This document shows positions 23,665 through 35,900 of a stretch of 64,000 nt of DNA, in pieces. The position numbers and the translations under genes were made by a program. Position 1 is the first letter of the stretch; each line of letters begins with the position of its first letter. The notes beneath the pieces are model-generated. The model made no database searches, was not told the origin of the DNA, and saw nothing but the letters and a program-made list of their open reading frames with translations. The stretch comes from Macrostomum lignano (lineage: Eukaryota): positions 1,665 to 65,664 of the forward strand of contig NIVC01002911.1 of NCBI GenBank assembly GCA_002269645.1, read 5' to 3'.

Positions 23665-23732
23665 CGGAACAATTGGCCCGAGGGTTTACCTCGGGACACA
23701 GCCCCCGCGTGAAGGGTGTTCCGTTGGCATGC
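23665..23732 (-). ncRNA. HDV/CPEB3-like self-cleaving ribozyme fold at the 5' end of element A
   Basis: Manual fold: P1 GCAUGCC/GGC-UGU (G1.U wobble, one bulge), J1/2 AA, P2 CGGAACA/UGUUCCG, P3 CCC/GGG, L3 UUCACGC, J1.1/4 GU, P4 CCCGAGG-UAAAC-CCUCGGG, J4/2 CCAAU. G1 sits exactly at the microsatellite/element boundary. Confidence 0.8.
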
Positions 23733-23792
23733 TTCTCCTCCTCCTTCTCCTCCTCCTCCTTCTTCTTCTCCTCCTTCTCCTCCTCCTTCTTC
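23733..23792. repeat. (TCC/TTC)n microsatellite flanking the 5' end of element A
   Basis: Same repeat type as at the 3' end (15410-15802). Confidence 0.9.
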
Positions 23793-25441
23793 ATGTACCC
23801 AATTCTTCTTTACAAATTAATTTTTCACTTACAGAAACACATCCAACTAAATTTATGACTACACGACACTAGGGGAGCTTGTCGGGAAATGCTCCCCGGT
23901 GAATTGGATCGGGACCGTGGGGAGGGAAAATATTTTAAAAAAGCAGTCGTAACATAATTTTTGCCATTTAAATCAGAAAATGATCATTCACAGAAAGCTG
24001 ATTGAAACTCTGTTTGAAATAATGCAGTTAATGCAGTAAAACAGCATAAGCACAGGTTAGATAATTTTTTCAATAGGAGTCTTCAAATTTACTGCGCACT
24101 CTCAAAGGTGGCGACTTCTTAATGTTGATGAGTATACATGTATTTTGATGAGGAGCAAACATAGATGTTGTCATCATAAAACACAGCTGCGAAGTCGAAC
24201 TTATAACGTAGTTATAAGTATGCAGTTCAGCTTCATTGTGCATTGAGAGACTGATTGTTAGCGAGATCGATCATAGGGGCTAGATAAAACTCGGAATCAG
24301 CTTGGATCTTCGAATAGCGTAGATCTGCACTACCAGAGCACCGCCGTCTCTGCGCTGCATATTGCTAGCTTAGAGGAAATTTCTTGCAGCATTCGAATCG
24401 AATTTATCGAGGAGACAAGGCAAAGCGCGCATCAATATTTCTCCATCAAAATGAGACAGCTCTCTGTAATCCCGCCCAGCCCCCGTCTACCACAAGTGCC
24501 ACAAAACAGTCTGAGTTAGCGCTGAATCTGCATATTACGCGCGAAATATTCGCATTTAATTACGAGTAAGGCTATAGCATGATGTAAACACTGTACTTTT
24601 AACAAGTGCATGGCTCTACACAGTAGTGCAATCGGATTACCGACTATACAACTTGTCCGGTGCCTCTTTGAAAACCTCTTTTGACGATTTATAATACGAA
24701 CTAAAGGGAGTCAAATAACAATAGCATTAGCAATCGGGCCTGCTCGAGGTTTGTGTCTCTTCTCTCTAATCTCTCCTCCCTCCCATCTCCTTTCAACTCT
24801 CTTCTCTATTCCCTCTCGTCTAGACCGCAGTCATGCGCTAAGGTTCTCTACAGATTCTACAGTATATCTGGTCTTTAGGTTGAAAAGGCTAGCTAGCATG
24901 GTTCCATCGCATCCGCTATCCTATAGAACTGTTTAGCCATACAAGCAGGACTGAAGCCGCGTACAAGCGAACAGAGAAATGAACAAATAAATGCAGCTGG
25001 GCAAACCAGCAGGAAGTAGGGAGAGGGGATTAGTAGTAGAAGGGAAAGACAAGTTAGAAACTACAAGTTCCCTGCTTCATCTCTGCAGCAGAGAGACGAC
25101 AAGGCTATAGAAGTGGAAACAAAGGGAACTATGCAGACTGATAGAATTATCTGCTACAACTTGGATACACAAGACAGAGTTTTTCGTAGAGGCTCATATA
25201 GCACTTAAACAATAAGCCTTTTGAGGCAAGTCGAGCGGAGCGGGAGAAACAGACGGCGGGCTAATTCCCTTCGCCCACTGTTTGTCAATGACACGTTAAC
25301 TGAGCAAACTCAAGCGGCGAAAGTGGAGAGCCTAATAGACGTCGGTGAGAGAAAATTGCCTCAATCAGTCCGTCGAGCTAAAATTACCCACTCGACTCAT
25401 AGTCTTGGCAATTATGAATATAGCTCGTACTAATACTAAGG

Positions 25442-25612
25442 CAGGGGTGAACCAAGAAGATTTTTGAGAGGGGGCAAGCTATACGAAGCAACTACAACCC
25501 AATATTAGAAAATCGACATGCAAAGTTACAGGCAAAAGGTATGGCTGAAATGATTTTGGCCACGGCAAAGGGGGGAGGCATGGCCCGTTTGGGCCCCCTA
25601 GGTCCGCCACTG
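25442..25612. mobile_element. Small degenerate MITE, hAT-like
   Basis: Termini CAGGGGTGAACCAAG...CTAGGTCCGCCACTG; the 8-bp flanks TACTAAGG and TACCAATT match only 5/8. Confidence 0.4.
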
Positions 25613-25739
25613 TACCAATTCTACACACAAATATAGTCTAGACAACAGAAAAGCCGTTATTGTTAATTATTAATATCAATAAGGGATCTGAAAGGCAAGC
25701 CCAGCAAATGAGTATCTGGAAGACGGGCGGGCCTATCAA

Positions 25740-26200
25740 CTGCGGATCTGGGAGGCTGGCCCAGCAACTGAGGATCTGGGAGGCTGGCCCAGCAACTGAG
25801 GATCTGAGAGGCTGGCCCAGCAACTGACACTCTGGGAGGCTGGCCCAGCAACTGACACTCTGGAGGCTGGCCCAGCAACTGACACTCTGGGAGGCTGGCC
25901 CAGCAACTGACACTCTGGGAGGCTGGCCCAGCAACTGACACTCTGGGAGGCTGGCCCAGCAACTGACACTCTGGGAGGCTGGCCCAGCAACTGAGTATCT
26001 GGAAGGCTGGCCCAGCAACTGAGGATCTGAGAGGCTGGTCCAGCAACTGACACTCTGGAAGGCTGGCCCAGCAACTGAGTATCTGAGAGGCTGGCCCAGC
26101 AACTGAGTATCTGAGAGGCTGGCCCAGCAACTGAGTATCTGAGAGGCTGGTCCAGCAACTGAGGATCTGGGAGGCTGGCCCAGCAAATGAGTATCTGAGA
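25740..26200. repeat. 28-bp minisatellite (GGCTGGCCCAGCAACTGACACTCTGGGA family)
   Basis: Tandem; same family as 38365-38850 and 56935-58175. Confidence 0.95.
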
Positions 26201-26674
26201 GGGTGGCGGTAGTGTTGGCTGATTTGGAATGAGCAGCTCACAAATATAAGAAGGGATCTGCAACACCGACACCTGCCATACCTGTGTGTTGTCACTATTT
26301 TAATATTCAATGTCGCGAGTTCCTAATGCAGCTGGAACTCTTTAGCAAAAGCGACTGGGATGTTCGCGCTATATTTAGATTATTTTTATTAATTTTTGCA
26401 ACAGCCAAAGCAGACAAACTACATTAAATACCAGTATAAAGGAGCTGAACAAGAACAAAATATGGCAAAAAGAACGTGATGTACATATTTTACCTTATTG
26501 TGATTATAACGTTGACATTATTAGCTAACCAAACCGGTTTTATAGACAAATGTTTGCCACTACTTTAATATTACACAATAGTTATTCATAGGTCTTGCAT
26601 CTATCCAACATTGAAAAGTATGAGTCAATGAGAATAACAACGCTTTAGCCAACATGTCTCGACGCATAGCAACG

Positions 26675-26880
26675 CCCTAGCAACGCTATAAGCTAGGCGC
26701 ATAGCAACACCCTAGCAACAGTATAAGCTAGGCGCATAGCAACGTCCTAGCAGCGTTATAAGCTAGGCGCATAGCAACTCCTTAGCAACAGTATAAGCTA
26801 GACGCATAGCAACTCCCTAGCAACAGTATAAGATAGATTCATAGCAACTCCCTAGCAACAACGTATTCAGGCGCATAGAA
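26675..26880. repeat. ~35-bp tandem repeat (AGCTAGGCGCATAGCAAC...) downstream of the symplekin stop
   Basis: About 5-6 degenerate copies. Confidence 0.85.
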
Positions 26881-26955
26881 CACATAGTTAATCCATAAAA
26901 TGCAAGCGTTGCTCGAATGTCTTGAATCGCCAGTGCGTGGGAAGACTGGCGCACA

Positions 26956-29900
26956 CTAATTGGCCTTCAGCCGTTCGCGATCGGCGGCCAGTTTGTCCGA
27001 ACTCGACGGCGCCGCCGATCCGGCCACCTCAATGTGAGCCAGCTGCTGCTGCGGCGCCAATAGCGCCAAGACAGCTGGCGCCAAAGTGGCTCGCTGTTGC
27101 GGCGCCAAATTAGCGGCATGACGCGACAACGCCTGGCGCAGCTCTGGCAAAATTCGAAACGCATCGGCCAGCCGATCAGCTGGCAGACAGGTGAGCAGAA
27201 CTCCGTAGCCGGCCGGTTTTAAACGGGCGCAACAGCGAACGAAGCCTTCCCAGAGAGCCGGAGAGTCCCGCAGCACGGACGGATGGCTGGCCAGGCTGGG
27301 CAGCAGAGACAGCACCAGCTGTGCCAGCCGGGGGTACATGGAGTGCGCCTGCATCATGCTCCGGAATAGCAGAGTTGGCAGCCGGCTATTGGACGGGTTG
27401 GCGAGCCGTTTCAGCGCCGAGGCCAGCGACTCCAGGGTGAGCGCCGGCGAGGTCGAAGCGAAGATCTGCTGACTGGCCTGGAGGCACTGGCGAAGCTGCA
27501 CTGGTGGCGAGAACTCGGCCTCGTGCACGGCAACTAGAAGATCTTCGGGCGGCAGCGGGCCATCGGCTAGGAGGCGTTGAAGTCCCAGGCGGGCCAGCTT
27601 GTCTGGGGCGGCCAGTACCCGAGGCAGGGCGGCCAGGATCTCGTCGTTGGTCATGCCTGCATGATAGGGGGATTTTACTAGCTAATTATGAGCGCTTTAT
27701 GACTGCTTTATGACTAGAATATGACTACTGACTGGAATGCTACTGCTTTATGAATAGAATGACTGTTATATGACCAGAAAATGACTGCTATATGACTAGA
27801 ATACGACAGCTAAATGAGGACTAGAAAACGACCGCTTTATGACTAGAATATGACCGCCCTGACTATAAAATGACCGCCTTATGACCAGAATATGATGGCT
27901 TTATGACTAGAATATGACTGCTATATGACTATAATACTATAATGACCTACTCATGACTAGAATAGGAGTGCCTTATGACTAGAATGACTTATTCATGACT
28001 AGAATAGGAGTGCCTTATGACTAGAATGACTTATTCATGACTAGAATAGGAGTGCCTTATGACTAGAATGACTTACTCATGACTAGAATACGAGTGCCTT
28101 ATGACTAGAATGACTTATTCATGACTAGAATAGGAGTGCCTTATGACTAGAATGACTTACTCATGACTAGAATACGAGTGCCTTATGACTAGAATGACTT
28201 ACTCATGACTAGAATACGAGTGCCTTATGACTAGAATATGACTGATTAAAAAGGAATCCACGAGTAAAATACGATATTGAATGCTGATTTTAAGCAACAC
28301 ATAAAAGACCCATCCGACTAAAAACCTCTTTATGAAAAAGCACAACGGAATAAATAAACGAAAACTTTCGGCTCAATCTTGATAAGCTGAACTAAAAAAA
28401 GTAAAACTTTTCTAAGCCAAGTGTAGTTTCTCAACTTCGATTTTTTGTGTTCTCTGAAATCTTGAGCTCGCTTAGAGCTTTGGCACACACAAGTTAATTT
28501 GCTACATGTACTAGAGAAGTAAGTAGAAAAGAATACAATTGGCTTTTGGATTAGTCTTTGAAAATAAGATTTACACTGAACTTGAAACGACACGGGGGTT
28601 CATCCCATATTTTCCAGTCTAATTAGCTAATCAGGTTTTGAATCTTTTAAGGTAAGAATACTGAGCCTCAGAAGGAAGCAGACTAAAAGCCACGATTCGT
28701 TGATCATTAAATATGCAAATAGGTTAGCCTCCGAAGATGGTTAGGATATAGATGGTTCCTAAGGCTATTTTTAGTATAGTTTATTACAGGGTAATTCTTG
28801 ATAGTTGCTAGTGCTATTTACAAAACGGTTGCTAGGGCTATTTTTAGCATGGTTGCTAAGGATATTTAAAGGATGGTTGCTAAGGTGATTTTTAGTGGTT
28901 GCTAGGGCAATTTTTAAGATGGTTGCTAAGGTGATTTTTAGGATGGTTGCTAGGGCGATTTTCAAGATGTTCGCTAGAGCGATTTTAAAGATGGTTGCTA
29001 AGGTGACTTTTTGGATGGTTGCTAAACTGATTTTAAGATGGTTGCCAAGGAGATTTTAAGGGTGGTTGCTAAGGCTATTTCAGGATGGTTTTAGGGCGAT
29101 TTTTAGGATGCTTGCTAGGGCGATTTTCAAGATGGTTGCTAAGGCGATTCTAAAAAGGATTCTAAGGTGATTTTTAGAATTGTTGCTAAGGCGATTCTCA
29201 AGACGTTCGTTGGTAAGGCGATTTTAAAGGTGGTTGCTAAGGTGATGTGGTTGCTATTGTACGCTCGTAATAATTAAATAAACTAGCAAATAATCCTGAC
29301 TGCTCACCTGGCAGCACGGCAACCAGCAGGCGGGCGTCGCCACCGCCTCGACTACGCGACTGCCTGACGGCGTCGACCAGGCCGGGGTCGGGCCGGCCGC
29401 TCGAAGCCAGCAGCTGCACCAGGCGGACCAGCATCGGCTCGGCACCGTCGGGACAGTCGCCGCGCACCAGCCTGAGCAGCTCCGGCGACGCCTGGCCAAC
29501 GCTGGCCGCCGGGCCTTCCAACAGGCGCAGCAGCAGGCGCTTCGATTGCGGCTCTTTTAGTCGAGCGAAGGCTGAGGCCAGCTGGCGGAGCAGGCTGTGC
29601 TCCAGCGGCAGCAGGCCCACGGCCAGGTGCAGGCAGCTGGCTCGGGCGTCGTCTGTCCATACGACCGAGGGAGCCTGCATATCAAGTCGGGGTGGAACAT
29701 TTCCTTGAGATTTAGTATATGGAATTATTAAATAATGAGAAAAACAAATATTATATATTTCACTTTAACTCGGCATTCTTGGTTAGAAAGTGGCACATCT
29801 GGGATTAGGAAGTGGCACATTAGGATTAGGAAGCGGCACATTGGGATTAGGAAGTCGTACATTAGGATTAGGAACTGGCCCATTAGGATTAGGAACTGGC

Positions 29901-32900
29901 CCATTAGGATTGAGAAGCGGCACATCAGAATTAGGAAGCGGCACATTGGAATTAGGAAGCGGCACATTGGAATTAGGAAGCGGCACATTGGAATTAGGAA
30001 GCGGCACATTGCAATTAGGAAGCGGCACAATTGGAATTAGGAAGCGGCACATTGGAATTAGGAAGCGGCACAATTGGAATTAGGAAGTGGCACATTGGAA
30101 TTAGGAAGCGGCACATTGGAATTAGGAAGCGGCACAATTGGAATTAGGAAGCGGCACAATTGGAATTAGGAAGCGGCACATAGGGATTAGGAAGTGGTAC
30201 ATTGGAATTAGGAAGCGGCACATTGGAATTAGGAAGCGGCACATTGCAATTAGGAAGCGGCACAATTGGAATTAGGAAGCGGCACATTGGAATTAGGAAG
30301 CGGCACAATTGGAATTAGGAAGTGGCACATTGGAATTAGGAAGCGGCACATTGGAATTAGGAAGCGGCACAATTGGAATTAGGAAGCGGCACAATTGGAA
30401 TTAGGAAGCGGCACATAGGGATTTGGAAGTGGTACAAACGATTTTTAAACGGCCTGTCAAATTCTAAGAATCAATCAATCAGCCAGACCTGTCCGGGCAA
30501 ACAAAACAGCTCGGCAGGCGGTGGCACCGTGGCCGCTGCCTCCTCAGCTGCAGCATCCTTGCCGCCGACATCGTCGACTCCATCGACGCTTCCAGCGCCA
30601 GCGGAGCCGCCGAACGCCGTCACCAGCAGTTCCAAGCGTTGCAAAGCGAAGTCTCGTATCTCATCGTGCCTATCGTCGATGTACAGCTCCTTGACGATGT
30701 CGAGAGCCGGCGCGCGAAGGTCGGGCCGCTCGCCGCAGGCGGCAAACTGAAGCAGAGCGATGAGGAACCTGGGCTGCGGACGGCTTAGAGCCAGATCGCG
30801 CAACAGCTTCAAGCCCTGATCCGGCTGCCGCATGCAGTGAGTTCGCAGCTGTTCGAACGCCGAGTCGGTTACTAGGGGCGCTTCGGCCAGCAGCTTGGCA
30901 AAGTATAGCTCTTTGCTAGTTGGCAGCAATTGCAGACTGTTGCACAGGCTGCTCATTAATCTATCGTAGGACTCGTACGAGCCGAGCTTTACAGCGCTGC
31001 TACCGTCTGACGGCTGGGCAACCGTGTAGCCAAGGTACCTGCGACAGGTGGGAATTAGCGTACCGTTAGTTGCTATGGAGCTGTATGATTTATGATGGCC
31101 AGCTAAAATCCGACATATCGACTAACGGAGAGTTTTGATATCTCTGATACACGAGACTCACAGTACAGATGTCAGCTGACAGTCTCACCTGAAACACGGG
31201 ACTGTCAGTACAGATGTCAGCTGACAGTCTCACCTGAAACACGGGACTGTCAGTACAGATGTCAGCTGACAGTCTCACCTGAAACACGGGACTGTCAGTA
31301 CAGATGTCAGCTGACAGTCTCACCTGAAACACGGGACTGTCAGTACAGATGTCAGCTGACAGTCTTACCTGAAACACGGGACTGTCAGTACAGATGTCAG
31401 CTGACAGTCTCACCTGAAACACGGGACTGTCAGTACAGGTGTCAGCTGACAGTCTCACCTGAAACACGGGACTGTCAGTACAGATGTCAGCTGACAGTCT
31501 CACCTGAAACACGGGACTGTCAGTACAGGTGTCAGCTGACAGTCTCACCTGAAACACGGGACTGTCAGTACATATGTCAGCTGACAGTCTCACCTGAAAC
31601 ACGGGACTGTCATTACAGGTGTCAGCTGACAGTCTCACCTGAAACACGGGACTGTCAGTACAGATGTCAGCTGACAGTCTCACCTGAAACACGGGACTGT
31701 CAGTACAGATGTCAGCTGACAGTCCTATCTGACACACTGAGACTGATGGAGCCAAGGCACATAGAATACCACGACAAGCTCAAAAGATTTAAGCAAAGCT
31801 ACACAGCTCAGATAACAATAAACATCTTAAGATCCAAACACAATGGTAAGTTGACTACTGATGTCCAGGACAGACAATCGGGGAAAATAAATGCCACGAC
31901 TAGAGAGGATTAACCACGCGGATTATATTCCCGGGACTCAAAGGGGTTTCTTAAAGCATCAGAATCCCCTGCTGAGCCTCTGACCAGCTTGAGATGAGCT
32001 GTTTTTAGACATACCGTTACTACAGGTACCCTTAGTGTATTTGCCTTGATTTGGCTAACAAATTTCGTACAATCACACACCTGCCTGGCCTTAGGTTGTA
32101 ACAGGTAGCGCGTGATCATTAATAATGTATATACTTGTAGGATAGAACAGCACCTTTTTATTTCACGCAGATGGCACAAGTTCAGGAAGGCATGTAATTA
32201 GTCAGTAGTGATGATGCTAAGTCATAATTAGCGATGAGATATGTAGATAAACACGAAGACTACATTGCCTACATTTTTGCATCCATTCTTTTGCTTAACG
32301 CAAAAGTTTTCAAGTTAAAGAAAATGCTCGGCTAAATGGGAGCAGTTTTAATAACCCCACACCCATTAGGCTGAGAGCGAGCTTTAAAATGACACATGAA
32401 GAGCTGACTTAATGAACCATGAGGTCTGGCCTATGACCTCTGAGAGCTAGCTTAACGAGTTAATGACCCATGGCAAGCTTAATGACCCATAGAGAGCTTT
32501 TACGACCCATAGAGAGCTTTTATGACCCATGGCAAGCTTAATGACCCATAGAGAGCTTTTATGACCCATGGCAAGCTTAATGACCCATGGAGAGCTTTTA
32601 TGACCCATGGCAAGCTTAATGACCCATGGAGAGCTCAATGACACTTAAAGAGCTTGTATGACCCATGGAGAGCTTAATGACCCATAGAGAGCTTAATGAC
32701 CCATGGAGAGCTAATGACCTATGAAGAGACTATAATGACCCATGGAGCTCAATGACCATGGAAAGCTAGTATGACCCATGGCAAGCTTAATGACCCATGG
32801 AGAGCTTGCATGACCCATGGCAAGCTTAATGACCCATGGAGAGCTTGCATGACCATGGCAAGCTTAATGACCCATAGAGAGCTTTTATGACCCATGGCAA

Positions 32901-35900
32901 GCTTAATGACCCATGGAGAGCTTTTATGACCCATGGCAAGCTTAATGACCCATGGAGAGCTCAATGACACTTAAAGAGCTTGTATGACCCATGGAGAGCT
33001 CAATGACCCATGGAGAGCTTGCATGACCCATGGAGAGCTTGCATGACCCATGGAGAGCTTGCATGACCCATGGAGAGCTCAATGACCCATGGAAGTCTTA
33101 ATGCCCCTTGCAGAGCTTAACGACAGACGAGAAGCTTAATAATGGAAAACGATGCCGCCGCTAAAACTCACCTTGTATACTCGTGATAAAGCAGCATGAC
33201 TAGCAGCTCCCAGCGCCTTCGAACATCCTCTACAACATAGTCGAACAACAGCTGGTACAGGTCGCCGCCAAACTGCGCAGTCAGACCAGACAACAGACGC
33301 TGCCTAACAATGGACAGGCCCGGATGCGAGGTCACGTGACCAGCCGGATATAACAATCGTTCGAAAGCCATTCTAGCTAACTGAGCTTGAGTCTCTTTAG
33401 TTAGCGGAGTAACAGCCTTGTGCAAGCTGAATTGCTGTCTGGGACGCGAGGGTGCTTGTTGGACCGGAATGGACATGGCGGTGTCCGGCCTTGGTAGGTT
33501 GGGAAAGGCCGGCTTCTGCTGCTGCAGAGCTGCCGAGGCCGTCGCCGTTTCAGCCGTGGTAGCAGAAGATCCAGCGGCAGTTGAAGCAGCGGCAGCAGCT
33601 GCTGTATTGGCGCGTTTAGCTGGCAACTTCGAGCCGTCTGGAGCGAGGCCGGCTGCTAATAGCTGTGCAGCTAACAGTCTGGACAGGTGACCGATCTACG
33701 TGGGATTATAGGCCGAGTAAGTGGGAGATTAGCGATCTGAGGACTTAGGATTATGAGTCGAATTTGTGGATTTAGGATTATGAGTCGAATCTGAGGATTT
33801 AGGATTATGAGATGAATCTGAGGATTTAGGATTATGGGTTGAAACTGGGGATTTAGGATTATGAGTTGAATCTGAGGATTGAGAATTGAGTCGAATCTGA
33901 GAATTTAGGATTATGAGTTGAAACTGGGGAATGTGGGGATTTAGGATTATGAGTCGAATCTGAGGATTTAGGATTATGATTCGAATCTGAGGATTTAAGA
34001 TTTTGAGTCAGCTGGATTAAGATTTAAGATTTTGACAGTGGATTTAAGATTTTGAGTCGAATCTGGGGATTTATTAATCCGAGTCGAATCTTTGGATTTA
34101 GGATTATGAACTCGAATCTGAGGATTTAAGATTTTGAGTCGAATCTGGGGGATTTAAGATTTTGAGTCGAATCTGGGGGATTTAAGATTTTGAGTCGAAT
34201 CTGGGGGATTTAAGATTTTGAGTCGAATCTGGGGATTTAAGAATCCGAGTCGAATCTTGGCATTTAGGATTATGAACTCGAATCTGAGGATTTAGGATTG
34301 AGTCGAATTCGAAGATTATGAATCAAATTTGAGGATTTAGGATTATTACTCAAATTTAAGATTTCAAGAATGTTAAGACTCAAACGTGATGCTTTGCGAT
34401 AGTCAAAAAGCTTATTATAGACAATTTCGCAAATATCCCAAGGACTCCAACCTGAGCGGGGGTGCCGGCAGCAGCAATAGGCGTGTAGGTGCTCTGAAAG
34501 GCTGGCGGTATTGAGTCCGGCAGCATCACCATGCTGAGCAGCACCAGGTCGGACACGTTGGCCGGTGTCAGCTTTCCGACCAGTTTCTCGGCCGCTTTGT
34601 CCAGCTCGGACGCTTCGCCAGCCTCGTCGTCTTCAAAGTCGTCCGCGGCGGCTGCGGCGGCTGCGGCGGCAGCTGAAGAAGCCGGCGCTCCGCCAACAGC
34701 AGCAGCGGAGGTCGCTGACGCGCCGGCGCCAGAACCGACCGCATCGTCGTCAAGGCGAGGCCGCTTGCTGACGCCGCTTTCGCCGCCTGAGGCAGACGCA
34801 GCCGCTGCGGCGGCCGCCTGTTGAAGCCGTTCAGCGGCCTCCTGTTGGCGACGCTTCCGGGTCGCTTCGTCGACTCTGGGCATCGCTTTGACCACCTCGG
34901 CTTGGGTGGCGCCGAGGTCTGTCAGCAGCGTGGCAACCTGCTGCTGGTGATCCAAACTGCTGGGATGGCGCAGTATTGACAGCAGGCATTGCTTCAGGCA
35001 CTTGCGGACTGAGGTTACCTGGCGAGAAGTAGGGGGGGGGGACTTCTTGAACTTTTACCAAATACTTGCCTACAGCCTTTAAGTCACGTGACAAGAAGAA
35101 AGTTGTGTACCCGGCCCTTGGGTCATCTGAAACTTCACAATATAGCTCAAGGTTTGTGTCTCATCTCACTTCTCTCATCTACTCTCTCATCCCATATCCT
35201 CTTTCCTTTTCTCTATTCTCTCTCTTCTTACCTCTCATCTGGCCTGCGGCTATGAACTTGATTGTTTATCTGGACCTTGAAGTAAAAAAGTCTACCGACC
35301 CCTGGTTAATGCCCATTCAGACAATATAAAGTCACGTGACTGCCTGTTCAGATGCAATATAAAGTCACGTGACTACCCGTTAAGACACAATATAGTCACG
35401 TGACTGCCTGTTCAGATGCAATATAAAGTCACGTGACTACCCGTTAAGACACAATATAAAGTCACGTGACTGCCTGTTCAGATGCAATATAAAGTCACGT
35501 GACTGCCTGTTCAGATGCAATATAAAGTCACGTGACTGCCTGTTCAGATGCAATATAAAGCCACGTGACTACCCGTTCAGACAATATGAAGTTACGTACG
35601 TGACTACCCGTTCAGACACAATATAAAGTCACGTGACTGCCCGTTCAGACACATTATTATGTCACGTGACTGCCTGTTCAGATGCAATATAAAGTCACGT
35701 GACTACCCGTCAAGACACAATATAGTCACGTGACTGCCTGTTCAGATGCAATATAAAGTCACGTGACTGCCCGTTCAGATGCAAATTAAAATCACGTGAC
35801 TGCCCGTTCAGGCGCAATTATAAAGTCACGTGACTGCCCGTTTAGATACAAGATTAAAAGTCACGCGACTTGTCTATTATTGCAGTTGAAACCGTAGCAA

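Larger units (their letters stand above)
15803..23732 (-). mobile_element. Full-length Ingi/I-group-like non-LTR retrotransposon (element A, ~4.6 kb), split by nested element B
   Basis: 5' half 23732-21877: ribozyme, leader-2A, PHD, APE. 3' half 18518-15803: RT (PQGSVIAP, FADD), RNase H (WTDGS, SAELVAI, TDS, WVPGH..GNEAAD) and CxxC...HxxxxC. The halves join in frame (KAELFYA|DYATVSRL) after removing B and one TSD copy. One -1 frameshift at ~22140. Confidence 0.9.
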
